From assembly GCA_021828665.1 (NCBI GenBank), contig JAJZDH010000001.1, positions 1-49,718 on the forward strand: DNA of 49,718 bases. The letters are read 5' to 3'. Below the pieces are notes generated by a model. That model saw only the letters and a program-made list of their open reading frames with translations. It made no database searches and had not been told where the DNA came from. This stretch comes from Thermoplasmata archaeon. Lineage in GTDB: Archaea; Thermoplasmatota; Thermoplasmata; Lutacidiplasmatales; UBA184. Position 1 is the first letter of the stretch, and each line of letters begins with the position of its first letter. Shown here piece by piece: positions 29,370 to 39,391 of this stretch. Made by a program: the position numbers and the translations under genes.

Positions 29370-30318
29370 CGTGTAGGCGGTCGGCTCCATCTCGGGTCGC
29401 CGGCCGCATCCCCCCTTCGGGTCTCGGTCGGCGTCGATCCTCGCCGACTCCGATGGGCGCCGCCTTCCCCGTCGGAAACGGCCGGGCCCCACCGCCACCG
29501 GATCCGAAAAAATCCTCGGGAACTCCTCCTCGGGCTTGTGGGGGGTTCGCGCCCCGACCCGGACCGCCTCCACCGCCGGTTCGGGGAGCCTCCTGGCAAT
29601 CTTCCTCGGCGAGGGCCGGGGACTCCCGACCTCCCGCAGAAACCCCCGACCACGATCCCTGCCACCACCGACGTCCGCCGGCAGCGGCCGCCCCCCCCTG
29701 GGCCGGAAGGGCCGGAGGGGAGTCCTCCCGCCCGGCAATCCGCAGGAGATGCGGATTCGTGGGGACCGGTGGCCCCGGACCGAAGGACCGCGAGGAGGGC
29801 GCGGCCGGGAACCCCCCGGCGCCGGCCCGGGAAGGGTGCGGGACCCCCGCGAAAACCCGCGCCCCGCCGCCGACGCCGATGCCTCGGGAACCCGAACCGC
29901 AGGGTACCCTTGGTCCGGGCCGATGCGTTGGAAGGGGTGGCGGCTTCCGGAGGAGGCGTCCTACGGCCGGGTCCGTACCGGGGCCGTCACGACCGCCCCG
30001 CGATCGACCGTTCCTCTCCTCGACCGGAAGGCGGCGTCGTCGACCCCTCGTCCCCTGGGACCGGAGGAAACCGGGGCCGGGGAGCCCCCGGGAGGGGAGG
30101 GGCGCCGGGGCCGCGATCCTCCGGAGCCGCCCGGCGCTCCGCCCCGAGGGTCTCGACGCCGGGGACGACCCCAGCGCGCCCCCGACAGGCGTCGCGGACG
30201 GCCGAGCCTTCCGGGGCGGGGGACCGGAACCGGAGCCCTCCGCGCAACTCTCCCCCGTCGGTGGTGTTTCCGACCACCCCCGTGGCTTCAAGTAGCGCGG
30301 CCCCGGTCCATCGTCCCC

Positions 30319-31638
30319 GTGCCGACCGGCGCGCCGCTTCCCGGACTCCCCGAACATCCGCAGATCTCCTGGTCGATCCCCGGGCTCCGGGAGGACCCCA
30401 CCATGTGCCTGAGATGCCGCGCCGCCCAGATGCTCTGCGGCAAGCCGGTCTGCCCGATCCTCCTCCGCCACGAAGCGCTCCTCCGGACCCTCCCGTTCGG
30501 TGCGGGACGGGAATTCGCCGGGAGTTCCCCCCCGGCGCTGTTCGTGGGACGGTATGGGTACCCGAAGGTCTCTGTCGGCCCGCTGCTGAGCTCGAACCAC
30601 GGGGACACGCTCGTGTACGACACCCCCGAGGAGTGGGTGGGCCGCTCCGTGGCCGAGGTGGTCGGGTTCCGGATGGGGCTCATCCGGGGCACCCGCCCGA
30701 TCCGGGTCACGGAGGCGGAGGCGCCGGGCCGGGAGGCCGAGGAGCTCCAGCTCCTGGCGTTGGCCGCAGGCAGCGCCGAGGCCGAAGCGACCTTTCGCCG
30801 CCCTCCCCGCGGCCGCCTGACCCTCTCCGACGGAGCTCCCCCCACCGGCCCTTCCGCACCGATCGAACGGATCCGCCTGGAGGTCGGCCGCGTCGATGAA
30901 CGGATCGACCGGCTCTACCGGGATGGCCACGCGAGCGCCCGCACCGCCGTCCGGGAACTGTACGACCGGAAGGTCCCGGTCAGCCGGATCCAGAAGGCGC
31001 TGAGCGCCGGCACCCTGGGCCGGAGGGGACACCGGAGATTCGTACCGACCCGGTGGTCCATCACGGCCGTCGACGACCTCCTCGGGAAGGAGAACCTCGA
31101 ACGGGTGCGGAGGTTGCCGGAGCTCGGGGAGATCCGGGTCCAGACGCTCGAGGCGATCGGGAACCGCTGGATGGTGGTCCGTCTGCCGGGCGCCTACCGG
31201 TACGAATCCATCGAGGCGTGGTATCCCGAGACCTTCTGGAACCCCCATCCCTCCCGGATCCTGATCCTGGGGGACCGCGAGGGGTTCCGGGGGCGTCGGA
31301 ACTACGCCTCGATCGGGGGATGCTACTACGCTGCGCGGCTCGCCTGCTCCGAGGCGATGCAGCGGGACGGGCGCCAGGCCGGCGCCCTGGTCCTCCGGGA
31401 GGTCCATCCAGGCGAGATCCTGCCGCTCGGGGTATGGAATGTCCGGGAGCACGTCCGCGCCACCCTCCGCCGGCCCGCCCGCTCCCTAGGGGACATGGAG
31501 GAGCTCCTGTCCGAGATCGGCCGCTTCTTCGCGATCCCCGTCGACCGGTGGGTCCCGGCGAGCGCCCTCCTCCGGGAAACCCGCGTCCAGCGCCGCCTCG
31601 AGGATTTTGCGCCGGCGGAGCTCCACCCCTCCGCGTGA
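30319..31638 (+). CDS. nreA: Archaeal DNA repair protein Nre (DUF650/DUF651), PCNA-interacting
   Basis: CLRCRAAQMLCGKPVCP zinc motif, GSSPPALFVGRYGYPKV, VPTRWSITAVD, IGGCYYAARL, PLGVWNVRE and a C-terminal PIP box QRRLEDF. Start is either GTG 30319 (~25 nt after TTCAAGTA) or ATG 30403. Confidence 0.9.
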   Translation: MPTGAPLPGLPEHPQISWSIPGLREDPTMCLRCRAAQMLCGKPVCPILLRHEALLRTLPFGAGREFAGSSPPALFVGRYGYPKVSVGPLLSSNHGDTLVYDTPEEWVGRSVAEVVGFRMGLIRGTRPIRVTEAEAPGREAEELQLLALAAGSAEAEATFRRPPRGRLTLSDGAPPTGPSAPIERIRLEVGRVDERIDRLYRDGHASARTAVRELYDRKVPVSRIQKALSAGTLGRRGHRRFVPTRWSITAVDDLLGKENLERVRRLPELGEIRVQTLEAIGNRWMVVRLPGAYRYESIEAWYPETFWNPHPSRILILGDREGFRGRRNYASIGGCYYAARLACSEAMQRDGRQAGALVLREVHPGEILPLGVWNVREHVRATLRRPARSLGDMEELLSEIGRFFAIPVDRWVPASALLRETRVQRRLEDFAPAELHPSA

Positions 31639-31669
31639 ACGGGCGATCCCCCCGTGCGGAGCCCGGTGG

Positions 31670-32602
31670 TCATCCGTACTGGGGATTGCCGCACCGCCCG
31701 CAGAACCGGTCGTCCGGCGTGAGAGGGGCGCGGCAGCGCGGGCAGGAGGTCGCCCCCGAAGGGGCGCCGCAACCGCGGCAGAACCGGTCGGAAGCGGATG
31801 CCGGTCGGCCGCACTGCCCGCAGGGCTGGAGCTCCGTCGCTTCGAGGGGAGCCGGGCCCCCTCCGGTCGGCCGGGGGGCCGCGGGACCGTGGGCCCCTTC
31901 GACCGTGGGGTCGGGGGGAGCCCCCTCCGGGAACGCGACCCCCTCGACCGTTCCCCCGACCGTCCGACGGCCCTTCAGGCCGAGCTTCCAGGCGGTCGCG
32001 TAGTCGCCCCGGGCGTAGGCCCGGAGCCCCTCATCGAGTTCCGCGCGGGCGGCCGCCCTCCGTTCCTCCCCCCCGGGGTCCCCTGCGGCCCGGGCCATCT
32101 CCCCGGCCAACAGGTTCAGCGCGAATCGGGCCTCCGCCTGGTGGGCCGGAAGACGGGACCCGGGCAGGGGCACGATCCCTCCCCCGGCATCGTCGCTCTC
32201 CGGTCCGGCCGGGCCCGTCGGCGGCTCCGAAGCGCCGTACGACGGTCGGGCCCCGGGGGCGTTGGATTCCGGCCGACCGGCCAGGAAACGGCTCCGGGCC
32301 GCGGCGGTGTGGAGGAGCGCCTCCGAGGGATCGCCCCGCCGTTCGGCCGCCTCGGCCCGGCCGAGCTCCTCCCGGAGCGCCGTCACCCCGGCCCCCTGCC
32401 GCTCGAGCCGGTCGATGGTGGCCCGGAGGAAGCGGATCTGGTTGAAGGCGCGATCCTCCTCGCTCTGGGTGGTCTCGGCGTGCCGCCGGGCGGCGGCCTG
32501 ACGTTGCCGGAACCGGTACAGGACGTAGACGAGGACCACGACGACGACGCTCAGGACGAGGAGCGTGGGGACGAACAGGGGCGAATTCCCTAGGATGGCC
32601 AC
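31670..32602 (-). CDS. N-terminally membrane-anchored helical protein with a C-terminal double zinc ribbon (310 aa)
   Basis: TM LFVPTLLVLSVVVVVLVYVLY. Zinc ribbons CGQCG...FCRGCG and CPRCR...FCGRCG. Confidence 0.8.
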   Translation of the reverse strand: MAILGNSPLFVPTLLVLSVVVVVLVYVLYRFRQRQAAARRHAETTQSEEDRAFNQIRFLRATIDRLERQGAGVTALREELGRAEAAERRGDPSEALLHTAAARSRFLAGRPESNAPGARPSYGASEPPTGPAGPESDDAGGGIVPLPGSRLPAHQAEARFALNLLAGEMARAAGDPGGEERRAAARAELDEGLRAYARGDYATAWKLGLKGRRTVGGTVEGVAFPEGAPPDPTVEGAHGPAAPRPTGGGPAPLEATELQPCGQCGRPASASDRFCRGCGAPSGATSCPRCRAPLTPDDRFCGRCGNPQYG

Positions 32603-32732
32603 GGACCGGGGGCCGGTCCGGAGGGGACCGGCGTCTCCGGTGAAGTAGGGGGGAGCCCGTACTATTTAGAGGTCGGGCCGGCGGGGGGCCGTCCGCCACC
32701 GCCCCTCCCGAGGCCCGGGCGGGCCGGTCCGC

Positions 32733-33929
32733 TCAGAAGACCGAGATCTTCCCCGTCAGGAGCCGCTGCGGGATCGTGCCGATCTGGTCGAACCACTTCT
32801 GGGCCACGGCGTCGGCCCGGCCGGTGACCTCGGCGAGCTTGACTCCCTTGGCCGGCAGGAGCTGGATCGACGCCACCTGGGGCTCGTCGATCGGCTTTCC
32901 GATCTGCGAGAGGATCCGCACGTGGACCTCCTGGACGTCGCCCCCCGCCTCCTTGACGATCTCCTGGGCGATGAGGTGGCTCAGGACGTTGTAGATCTTC
33001 CCGACGTGGTTCACCGGGTTCTTGCCGGCCGTGGCCTCGAGGCTCATCGGGCGGTTCGGGGTGATGAGCCCGTTGGCGCGGTTCCCCCGTCCCACGCTGC
33101 CGTCGTCCCCCGCCTCCATCGACAGTCCCGTCACCGTGAGGTAGTACCGGCCGAGCTCCGGATCGTCCGCCGTGTTGACGTCGATGACCACCTTCTTCGT
33201 GGTGAGCTTCGCGGCCTGATCGGCCACCTTGTCGTGGATCTCCTCGAGCACCGAGGCGTACTCCTGGCCGTCGGCCATCTCGCGGTCGACGAGCGCCGCG
33301 GCCACGGTGAGGTGGATCGTCTCATCGGAACGGAACCCCATCACCTTGACATCCTCCCCGAGCGCCGGGAGCTTCTTCACGAGCTTGGTGGTGAGGAACC
33401 GCTCGGTCTCGAGGACCAGCCGTTCGGTGTCGGAGTACGGGGCGAACCCGACCCCGAAGGAGGTGTCGTTCGCGAGGACCGCCTTCTGCTCGAAGACCCC
33501 CCGGAGGTCCACCGATCCGCTGCCGATCTTGCAGTCGAACTCGACCTGCGAGTCGACCTCGAGGTGGGAACCCACGGAGGCGACGTACTTCTTGGCCGCA
33601 TCGAGCGCCGTCTGGCGGAACGGCAGCTTCTCGCCGTTGACCTCGGTGGTCGCCCGCCCGACCAGGAGGATGTAGATCGGCGCGGTGACCCGCCCCCCGC
33701 CGAACTTCGGCTCCGAGGCGCCGCCGACGATCTGCGTCTCGTCGGTGTTGTGGTGCAGGATCCGCCCGTACTCGTCGAGGTACATCCGGGAGAGGGCCCG
33801 GCTCACGCTCTCGGAGATCCCGTCGGCCATCGAATCGGGGTGCCCGATCCCCTTGCGCTCGACGAGCTCGATCTCCTGGTCCTCGATGTGCACGGAGCGC
33901 AACGGCTCGACTCGGATGTTCCGGCCCAT
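32733..33929 (-). CDS. mat: Archaeal-type S-adenosylmethionine synthetase
   Basis: [79 protein letters not shown]. Alternative start GTG 33938. Confidence 0.96.
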   Translation of the reverse strand: MGRNIRVEPLRSVHIEDQEIELVERKGIGHPDSMADGISESVSRALSRMYLDEYGRILHHNTDETQIVGGASEPKFGGGRVTAPIYILLVGRATTEVNGEKLPFRQTALDAAKKYVASVGSHLEVDSQVEFDCKIGSGSVDLRGVFEQKAVLANDTSFGVGFAPYSDTERLVLETERFLTTKLVKKLPALGEDVKVMGFRSDETIHLTVAAALVDREMADGQEYASVLEEIHDKVADQAAKLTTKKVVIDVNTADDPELGRYYLTVTGLSMEAGDDGSVGRGNRANGLITPNRPMSLEATAGKNPVNHVGKIYNVLSHLIAQEIVKEAGGDVQEVHVRILSQIGKPIDEPQVASIQLLPAKGVKLAEVTGRADAVAQKWFDQIGTIPQRLLTGKISVF

Positions 33930-34070
33930 ACTCGCCACTCGGGGGGGGCGGAGTCGGGGGGCGCCTTAACCGTTGCGTGCGCCACCTTCCGCCGGGGCGG
34001 GGAGCCGACGGCGGGGGGACGGGAGCGCGCGGGAGCTCCGGGAACGCTCCTGCCCCCGGCCGGGAGCGGG

Positions 34071-35630
34071 CTACGCCGGCCGCATCGGTAGCCGGCCGTC
34101 CCGAGGCAGCGACGCCACCAGATGGGGTCCCTCCGGGAGGAACCCGAACCGCCGGTAGTACGGACGGGTGCCCACCGCGCTCGTCACGAACAGCCGGCGG
34201 TGCCCGGCCTCGGCCGCGATCGCGGCGGCCCGCGCGAGGAGCCGGCCGCCCAGCCCCCGGTGCTGGCCGGCGGAGGCGGCGTCGGTGGGACGGAGGCCGA
34301 TCGCCACCTCGGGGCCCAGCACCTTGAGCTCCCGGATCACGGGCGCCGCGAGCCCCCCGACGGTCTCCGGGGAAGGGAACCGCAGCCGGAGGAAGCCGGC
34401 CACCGCTTCGCTTTCGGGTTCCTCCTCGGAAAGGAAGATCTCGAGCCCGCCGGAGGCCGGATAGCGGCGCTCCACCGGGACGAACGCCGCCCCCGGCGCC
34501 ACCGGCCGGCGGCCGACTTCGCGGCATCTCAGGCAGCGGCAGCGCTCCCCGCTCCGGGCCATCTCGGCGATCGCCATCTGCCGGAGATTGCCGTGGCGCA
34601 CCCCGGCGGCGATGAGGCGGGCCGGGATGTCGCGCTGGATCCTCTGGATCCGGATCCACGGGGGGATCCGGGGCTTCATCCGGGCGAGGAGCCGGACGGC
34701 GGTTTCGGTGTCGTACGGCGTGTACCGGCCCGCCACGAACTCCGCATGGAGCGCCGTATCCGGAAGGACGAGCGTCGGGTACAGCTTGAGCATGTCCGGC
34801 GAGAGCGCGGGGTCGCTCACGATCCGCTCGAAATCCTCGAGGTCGCGCGCCGGGTCCATCCCCGGTAGCCCCAGCATGAGGTGGTAGCCGAGCTTGAGCC
34901 CCCGGTCCCGGGCCTCGCGGCTGGCCCGGAAGACCTCCGCGGCCCCGTGCGCCCGGCCCACCCGTTCGAGGACGTCGTCCCGAAGGCATTCGACCCCGAT
35001 CTCCACCCGGGTGACCCCTGCCGCGAGGAGATCGGGGAGGATCCGCCCGTCGCACCAGTCCGGCCGGGTCTCCACCGTCAGCCCGACGAGCCGGCGGGCC
35101 GCCGTCTCGTTGCGCGCCTGGGCCTCGCCGAGCGACGCCGAACGGCTCCCGTTCAGGCCGTCGAAGATCCCCCGGTACACCTCCTCCTGGTGCGCCCAGG
35201 GGCGGGACGGGAAGGTCCCCCCCTGGACGATCACCTCGACTTTGCTCGTGGGGTGGCCGAGCGCCTCGAGCGTCTCCAGGCGGTGGGCGGTGATCGCCCG
35301 GGCATCCCAGCCGAACTGGTGGGCCCGCAGCGCGCTCGGCTCCTCCCCCGTGTAGCTCTGGGGGGAGCGCTGCTCGAGACCGCCCGGACAGTACGCGCAT
35401 CGCCCGTGGGGGCACCGGGCCGGCGCGGTCATGACCGCCACCACCGCCACCCCCGAGAGCGTCCGGGTCGGTTTCCGGAGGATCGCGCCGAGGCGCGCCC
35501 GCTCCTCCGGCGGCAGCCCCCGGGCGAAGGCGACGTTGGTCGGGATCGCCCCGGAGCCGGGACCGGCCGCCTGGAGGCGGAGGCGCTTCGCGTCGTGGAT
35601 CGCGCCGGCGGCCGCGGTGGGGCGGTTCAT
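34071..35630 (-). CDS. elp3: Elp3 tRNA uridine(34) acetyltransferase (radical SAM + GNAT)
   Basis: KPTRTLSGVAVVAVM, CPHGRCAYCPGG, PQSYTGEEP, GGTF, ETRPD, RIQRDIP, CRCLRCRE and the GNAT motif QHRGLG. Confidence 0.93.
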   Translation of the reverse strand: MNRPTAAAGAIHDAKRLRLQAAGPGSGAIPTNVAFARGLPPEERARLGAILRKPTRTLSGVAVVAVMTAPARCPHGRCAYCPGGLEQRSPQSYTGEEPSALRAHQFGWDARAITAHRLETLEALGHPTSKVEVIVQGGTFPSRPWAHQEEVYRGIFDGLNGSRSASLGEAQARNETAARRLVGLTVETRPDWCDGRILPDLLAAGVTRVEIGVECLRDDVLERVGRAHGAAEVFRASREARDRGLKLGYHLMLGLPGMDPARDLEDFERIVSDPALSPDMLKLYPTLVLPDTALHAEFVAGRYTPYDTETAVRLLARMKPRIPPWIRIQRIQRDIPARLIAAGVRHGNLRQMAIAEMARSGERCRCLRCREVGRRPVAPGAAFVPVERRYPASGGLEIFLSEEEPESEAVAGFLRLRFPSPETVGGLAAPVIRELKVLGPEVAIGLRPTDAASAGQHRGLGGRLLARAAAIAAEAGHRRLFVTSAVGTRPYYRRFGFLPEGPHLVASLPRDGRLPMRPA

Positions 35631-36781
35631 GGCGGGCCGAGCCAGTGGCGGGTCTCGCCGGTGAGGACGTACCGGACCTTTTGGAGGTCGGGGATCGACC
35701 GGGAGCCGGTGAGGAACATCGCGACCTTGAGCTCGTGGACGAGGTGGTGGAGCTCCTCCCGGGTGGCCTCGAGGGAGGTGGCGGCGGCGCGGAGGACCCC
35801 GCCCGCGGTCCCCGCGGCCCGGGCGCCGAGCGCGACCGCCCGGGCGACGTCGAGCCCGCTCCGGATCCCGCCGCTCGCGATGACGGGGAGGCCGAGCGGC
35901 ACCAGTTCCCGGACCGAGACCGGCGACGGGATCCCCCAGTCCCAGAAGGTCTTCCCGACCCGGACCTCCCGCCGCGCCCCCTGCGCGACCGCCCGGTGGT
36001 ACTCGACGGCGGCGAAGCTCGTGCCGCCGGTGCCGCTCGCGTCGAACCCGCGGACGCCCCGGCCCCGGAGCATCTCGCCCACCTCGCGGCTGAGGCCGGC
36101 GCCGGTCTCCTTGACCAGGACCGGCATCTCGGCGGCGAGCCGGCCGATCTCGTCGAGGGATCCCCGCGCCTTCCGGTCCCCTTCGGGCTGCACCATCTCC
36201 TGCAGGAAGTTCAGGTGGATCGCGAGGAGGTCGGCGCCGATGAGCTCCATCGCGGCCCGCGCCTCGCGCGGACCCACCACCGCCGTCCCCGGCCCCTGGG
36301 GGATGATCTGGGGCGCGCCCAGGTTCGCGAACTTCAACGGGACCTCGAAGCGCGCGACGCAGGAGTAGCTCTCGGGGAACTGCCCCTTGAGCACCGCGGC
36401 CCGCTCGCTGCCGACCCCGAGGGCGATCCCGACCTCCGCGGCCGCCTCGGCGAGGCGGCTGTTGATCCGGACGGCGTCCGGATAGCCGCCGGTCATCCCG
36501 GTGATGACGAGCGGCGCGGCGAGCCGGCGGCCGAACAGCTCGACCCGGGTGTCGATCTCGTCGAAATCGACCTCGGGCAGCGCCCGGTGGATCAGCTGGA
36601 CGTCGTCCCAGTAGCGGTACCGGCCCTCCACCGATTCCCCGAGGACGACCCGGACATGGTCGGCCTTGCGGTGGGTGAGCTGCCCGGCGGCCGGGTCCGG
36701 CCGCGGCGGATCAGGGAGGGGCGGCTCCGGACCAGCTCCCGTAGACCGTCTCCCCCCGAAGCGCCGCCGCCACCGTTCCAT
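35627..36781 (-). CDS. fni: Type 2 (FMN-dependent) isopentenyl-diphosphate delta-isomerase
   Basis: RKADH, HRALPE, ITGMTGG, GVGSER, NLGAPQ, HLNFLQEMVQPEGD, VKETGAG, GGTSFAAVE, WGIP, ASGGIRSG. The only available start overlaps ipk by 71 nt. Confidence 0.93.
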   Translation of the reverse strand: MERWRRRFGGRRSTGAGPEPPLPDPPRPDPAAGQLTHRKADHVRVVLGESVEGRYRYWDDVQLIHRALPEVDFDEIDTRVELFGRRLAAPLVITGMTGGYPDAVRINSRLAEAAAEVGIALGVGSERAAVLKGQFPESYSCVARFEVPLKFANLGAPQIIPQGPGTAVVGPREARAAMELIGADLLAIHLNFLQEMVQPEGDRKARGSLDEIGRLAAEMPVLVKETGAGLSREVGEMLRGRGVRGFDASGTGGTSFAAVEYHRAVAQGARREVRVGKTFWDWGIPSPVSVRELVPLGLPVIASGGIRSGLDVARAVALGARAAGTAGGVLRAAATSLEATREELHHLVHELKVAMFLTGSRSIPDLQKVRYVLTGETRHWLGPP

Positions 36782-37526
36782 GACGGAGTCCGCTCATAAT
36801 ACCTGCGTCGGCGCCCATCGCGGAGATCTCGAGCATCGCCCGGATCTTGCCCCGGATGCCGCCGGTCGCGTCGGGGGCCCCGGGCGCCGGGATCAGCCGG
36901 TCGAGGAGTTCCGGGGTGACCCGGGGATGGATGCGGGGGCGGCCCGGGGCCCCGGGCGCCGCCACCAGGACCCCGTCGACATCGCTCGCGAAGAGGACGC
37001 GCTTGAGGCCGAGGTCGCGGGCGAGGCTCACGGCGATCGCATCGGCCGAGAGGATGGAGGTGCCCCAGCTCCGGTCGGCCACGACATCCCCGAAGCTCAC
37101 CGGCACCATCCCCTCCCCGATCGCCCACGCGAACGGACCGGTCGCCAGCGACTCGAGCCGTCCTTCCCGGTTCCACGCGAGGGGGGCCGGCGGGACCGAC
37201 CATGGCGAGAGGCCGGCCCGGACGAGCGCGGCGAGGACGGCCCGGTGCAGCCCCCGCACCTCGGCCGCCACGATGGAGGCGCCCCGGGCCCGCTGTCGCC
37301 CCGTCCCGGCCCGCGGCGGCTCGGTGAGGTGGAACCGGAGCGCGCCGGGATGGCCGAACGATCCCGCCCCGTGGAGCAGGACGATGGGACCGGAGGCCCC
37401 GTCCCGGATCTCCCCGGCGAGCCGTTCCAGGACCTTCGGGCGCAGGCGGGCCGGCCCGTTCTTCCGGGTGATGACGCTCCCCCCGAGCTTCAGCAGCACC
37501 GGCGGTCCCTCCGCCCGCGCCGGCAC
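36711..37526 (-). CDS. ipk: Isopentenyl phosphate kinase (amino-acid kinase family)
   Basis: LKLGGSVIT, LHGAGSFGH, FGDVV, ILSAD, SDVDGV, DATGGIRGK. Adjacent to fni. Confidence 0.9.
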   Translation of the reverse strand: MPARAEGPPVLLKLGGSVITRKNGPARLRPKVLERLAGEIRDGASGPIVLLHGAGSFGHPGALRFHLTEPPRAGTGRQRARGASIVAAEVRGLHRAVLAALVRAGLSPWSVPPAPLAWNREGRLESLATGPFAWAIGEGMVPVSFGDVVADRSWGTSILSADAIAVSLARDLGLKRVLFASDVDGVLVAAPGAPGRPRIHPRVTPELLDRLIPAPGAPDATGGIRGKIRAMLEISAMGADAGIMSGLRHGTVAAALRGETVYGSWSGAAPP

Positions 37527-37547
37527 CCGAACCGCGGCCCTCCCCGG

Positions 37548-37781
37548 TCAGGCCGCCCGGTCGAGCCCGGCCCGCCGGTTCATGAGCATCGCCACGCCGA
37601 GGATCAGGAGACCGATGCCGGACAGGTAGGGCCACGTGAAGGTGACGATCCAGAGGAAGAGGAGGACGAGGCCGACCCCGCAGACGATCGCCGCCGCGAG
37701 GACGAACGGGACGGAGACCCAGCCGAGCGCCTGCCGCTCCTCCTCGTCCAGGGAGGAGGGTTCGTCCCCGTACGCCACCAT
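37548..37781 (-). CDS. Small two-TM membrane protein (77 aa)
   Basis: MVAYGDEPSSLDEEERQALGWVSVPFVLAAAIVCGVGLVLLFLWIVTFTWPYLSGIGLLILGVAMLMNRR. TATA-like GGTTCTTA ~28 nt upstream. Confidence 0.65.
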   Translation of the reverse strand: MVAYGDEPSSLDEEERQALGWVSVPFVLAAAIVCGVGLVLLFLWIVTFTWPYLSGIGLLILGVAMLMNRRAGLDRAA

Positions 37782-38055
37782 CGCCGGCGTCCGATGCGGC
37801 CCCGTGGGTAAGAACCTTGCGCTGGGGAGGAGGGCCGGGATCTCCCGGATCGAACCCCCGTCCCCGTTTCCTTCTGGCGGCGGTCCGTGCCGCGGCCGCG
37901 ACCTCCTCCGGCCCCATCCGCGCCCCCCGCCGCGGCGGGCGAACGGTAGGGCGCGCGAGGCGCCGCCCGGCGTTCCCCTCCCCGACGGCCCTCCCTTCCC
38001 CGACCTCGATCGCCCCGCACCACGGCGGGCGCTCCCGAATCGGGACCGGCGGCCG

Positions 38056-39234
38056 TTACCCGGCGGGGGTCGGCGGGCTCGCGAGGATCCTCCGGTAGAG
38101 GACCCCCTGGAGCGCGACGAGGTTCGAGACCGCCTGGCTGTCGGTCTCCTCGCCGGCGTCGGCATCGTCCATCGCCGGGGGCGGGGCCCCGGGCCGGTGG
38201 AACCGTTCGGTCGCGAGGCCGGCCACGATGGCGACGCCAAGGGCGGTGAGCGCGGCCGGCGCGCGGGCGAGATGCCGGTTCCGGGCGATCTCCGCCGCCT
38301 TGGTCACCCAGTCGAGGAGCTCCTCCGGCGAGAGATCGTGGCGTCCCACGAGGACCGACGCCGCCACGACCGGGGCGGGCAACCGGCCCCGGAGGAGGGC
38401 CGCGAGGGCGAGGACCTTCGGGACCCGGGCTTCCGCATCCTCCCGCAGGAGCAGGAGATGGAGCGCGGCGGGGCCGGCCTCCTTGCGGTCGGAGCCGGGA
38501 GCGAGGGCGTCGGTCAACTTCCGGAGCCGACCCTCGAACGCCGGATCGGCCGGCCGCCCGGCCAGGAGCGCGGCGGCCACATCGGAGCCCGCCTTCGCGC
38601 GCCAGCGGCCCCACTCGGCGAGGGGGGCTTCCGCGGCGAGCTTGGGATAGAGATGGAGGAGCGCGGCGACCGTCACCGGGTGGGACGGGGGGGGGACGGC
38701 GCGCCGGACCGTCGGCAAGGTGGTCATGAGATGCCCGTAGAAACGGCCGGTCGGCGCGCCCGACCGCATGAGGAGGACCGCGGCGAGCAGACGGTCCGGC
38801 GCCTCGCCCTCCAGCACGTCGATGAGACCCCAGCAGTTCCGGAACGACTCGGCCAGTTCGTCCGCTTCCAGATCCGCGTGGGCGACGCAGGTGGCGGCCA
38901 TCGGCATGTAATCGAACGACTCGGGAGGCGGCAGCGGACCGACGTCCCCGAGGAACGACTCGGCCGAGTGGGCGACCCGGTCCATCTCCTCGGCCAGCTC
39001 GGACATCTCCGTGGAGAGCGCCTCGAGCGGAAGGTCCCCCAAGCGGTACGACCGGAGCTCGAGCTCGGCCCGGACCGTCTCGCCGACGGGGGTGAGCGCC
39101 GCCCCCGATCCGGAGGAGGTGACGACCCGGTGGGCCAGCAACATCTCGTAGACGGGCCCGGAGGCGGGAGGGGCCGGCGTGGAGGAGGCCGCGCGCAGGA
39201 AATCGAGGACTTCGCGCGCGGAGATCTCGGTCAT
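38056..39234 (-). CDS. Hypothetical alpha-helical protein (392 aa)
   Basis: Protein-like Leu/Ala/Glu-rich ORF filling the gap between neighbours. AAAGGGATTAACTA promoter-like element ~36 nt upstream. No family recognised. Confidence 0.7.
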   Translation of the reverse strand: MTEISAREVLDFLRAASSTPAPPASGPVYEMLLAHRVVTSSGSGAALTPVGETVRAELELRSYRLGDLPLEALSTEMSELAEEMDRVAHSAESFLGDVGPLPPPESFDYMPMAATCVAHADLEADELAESFRNCWGLIDVLEGEAPDRLLAAVLLMRSGAPTGRFYGHLMTTLPTVRRAVPPPSHPVTVAALLHLYPKLAAEAPLAEWGRWRAKAGSDVAAALLAGRPADPAFEGRLRKLTDALAPGSDRKEAGPAALHLLLLREDAEARVPKVLALAALLRGRLPAPVVAASVLVGRHDLSPEELLDWVTKAAEIARNRHLARAPAALTALGVAIVAGLATERFHRPGAPPPAMDDADAGEETDSQAVSNLVALQGVLYRRILASPPTPAG

Positions 39235-39391
39235 CGGCGTCCGGTTGGGGGAGGATATGGGGTCAGCTAGTTAATCCCTTTGATACCGACCGACGGCCGC
39301 CTCCGCCGGAGGGATCGGCCGGGATGGACCGGAGCCGCGCCTTCCGGGTCCGGGGTCCGTTCCGGACCGGGCCGGCCGGGGGGCGGTCGGC

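Noticed and set aside
29536..30318. N-terminal 260-aa extension of the Nre ORF in the track
   Set aside because: It is low-complexity Pro/Arg/Gly sequence upstream of a TATA-like element, and Nre similarity begins only near CLRC.
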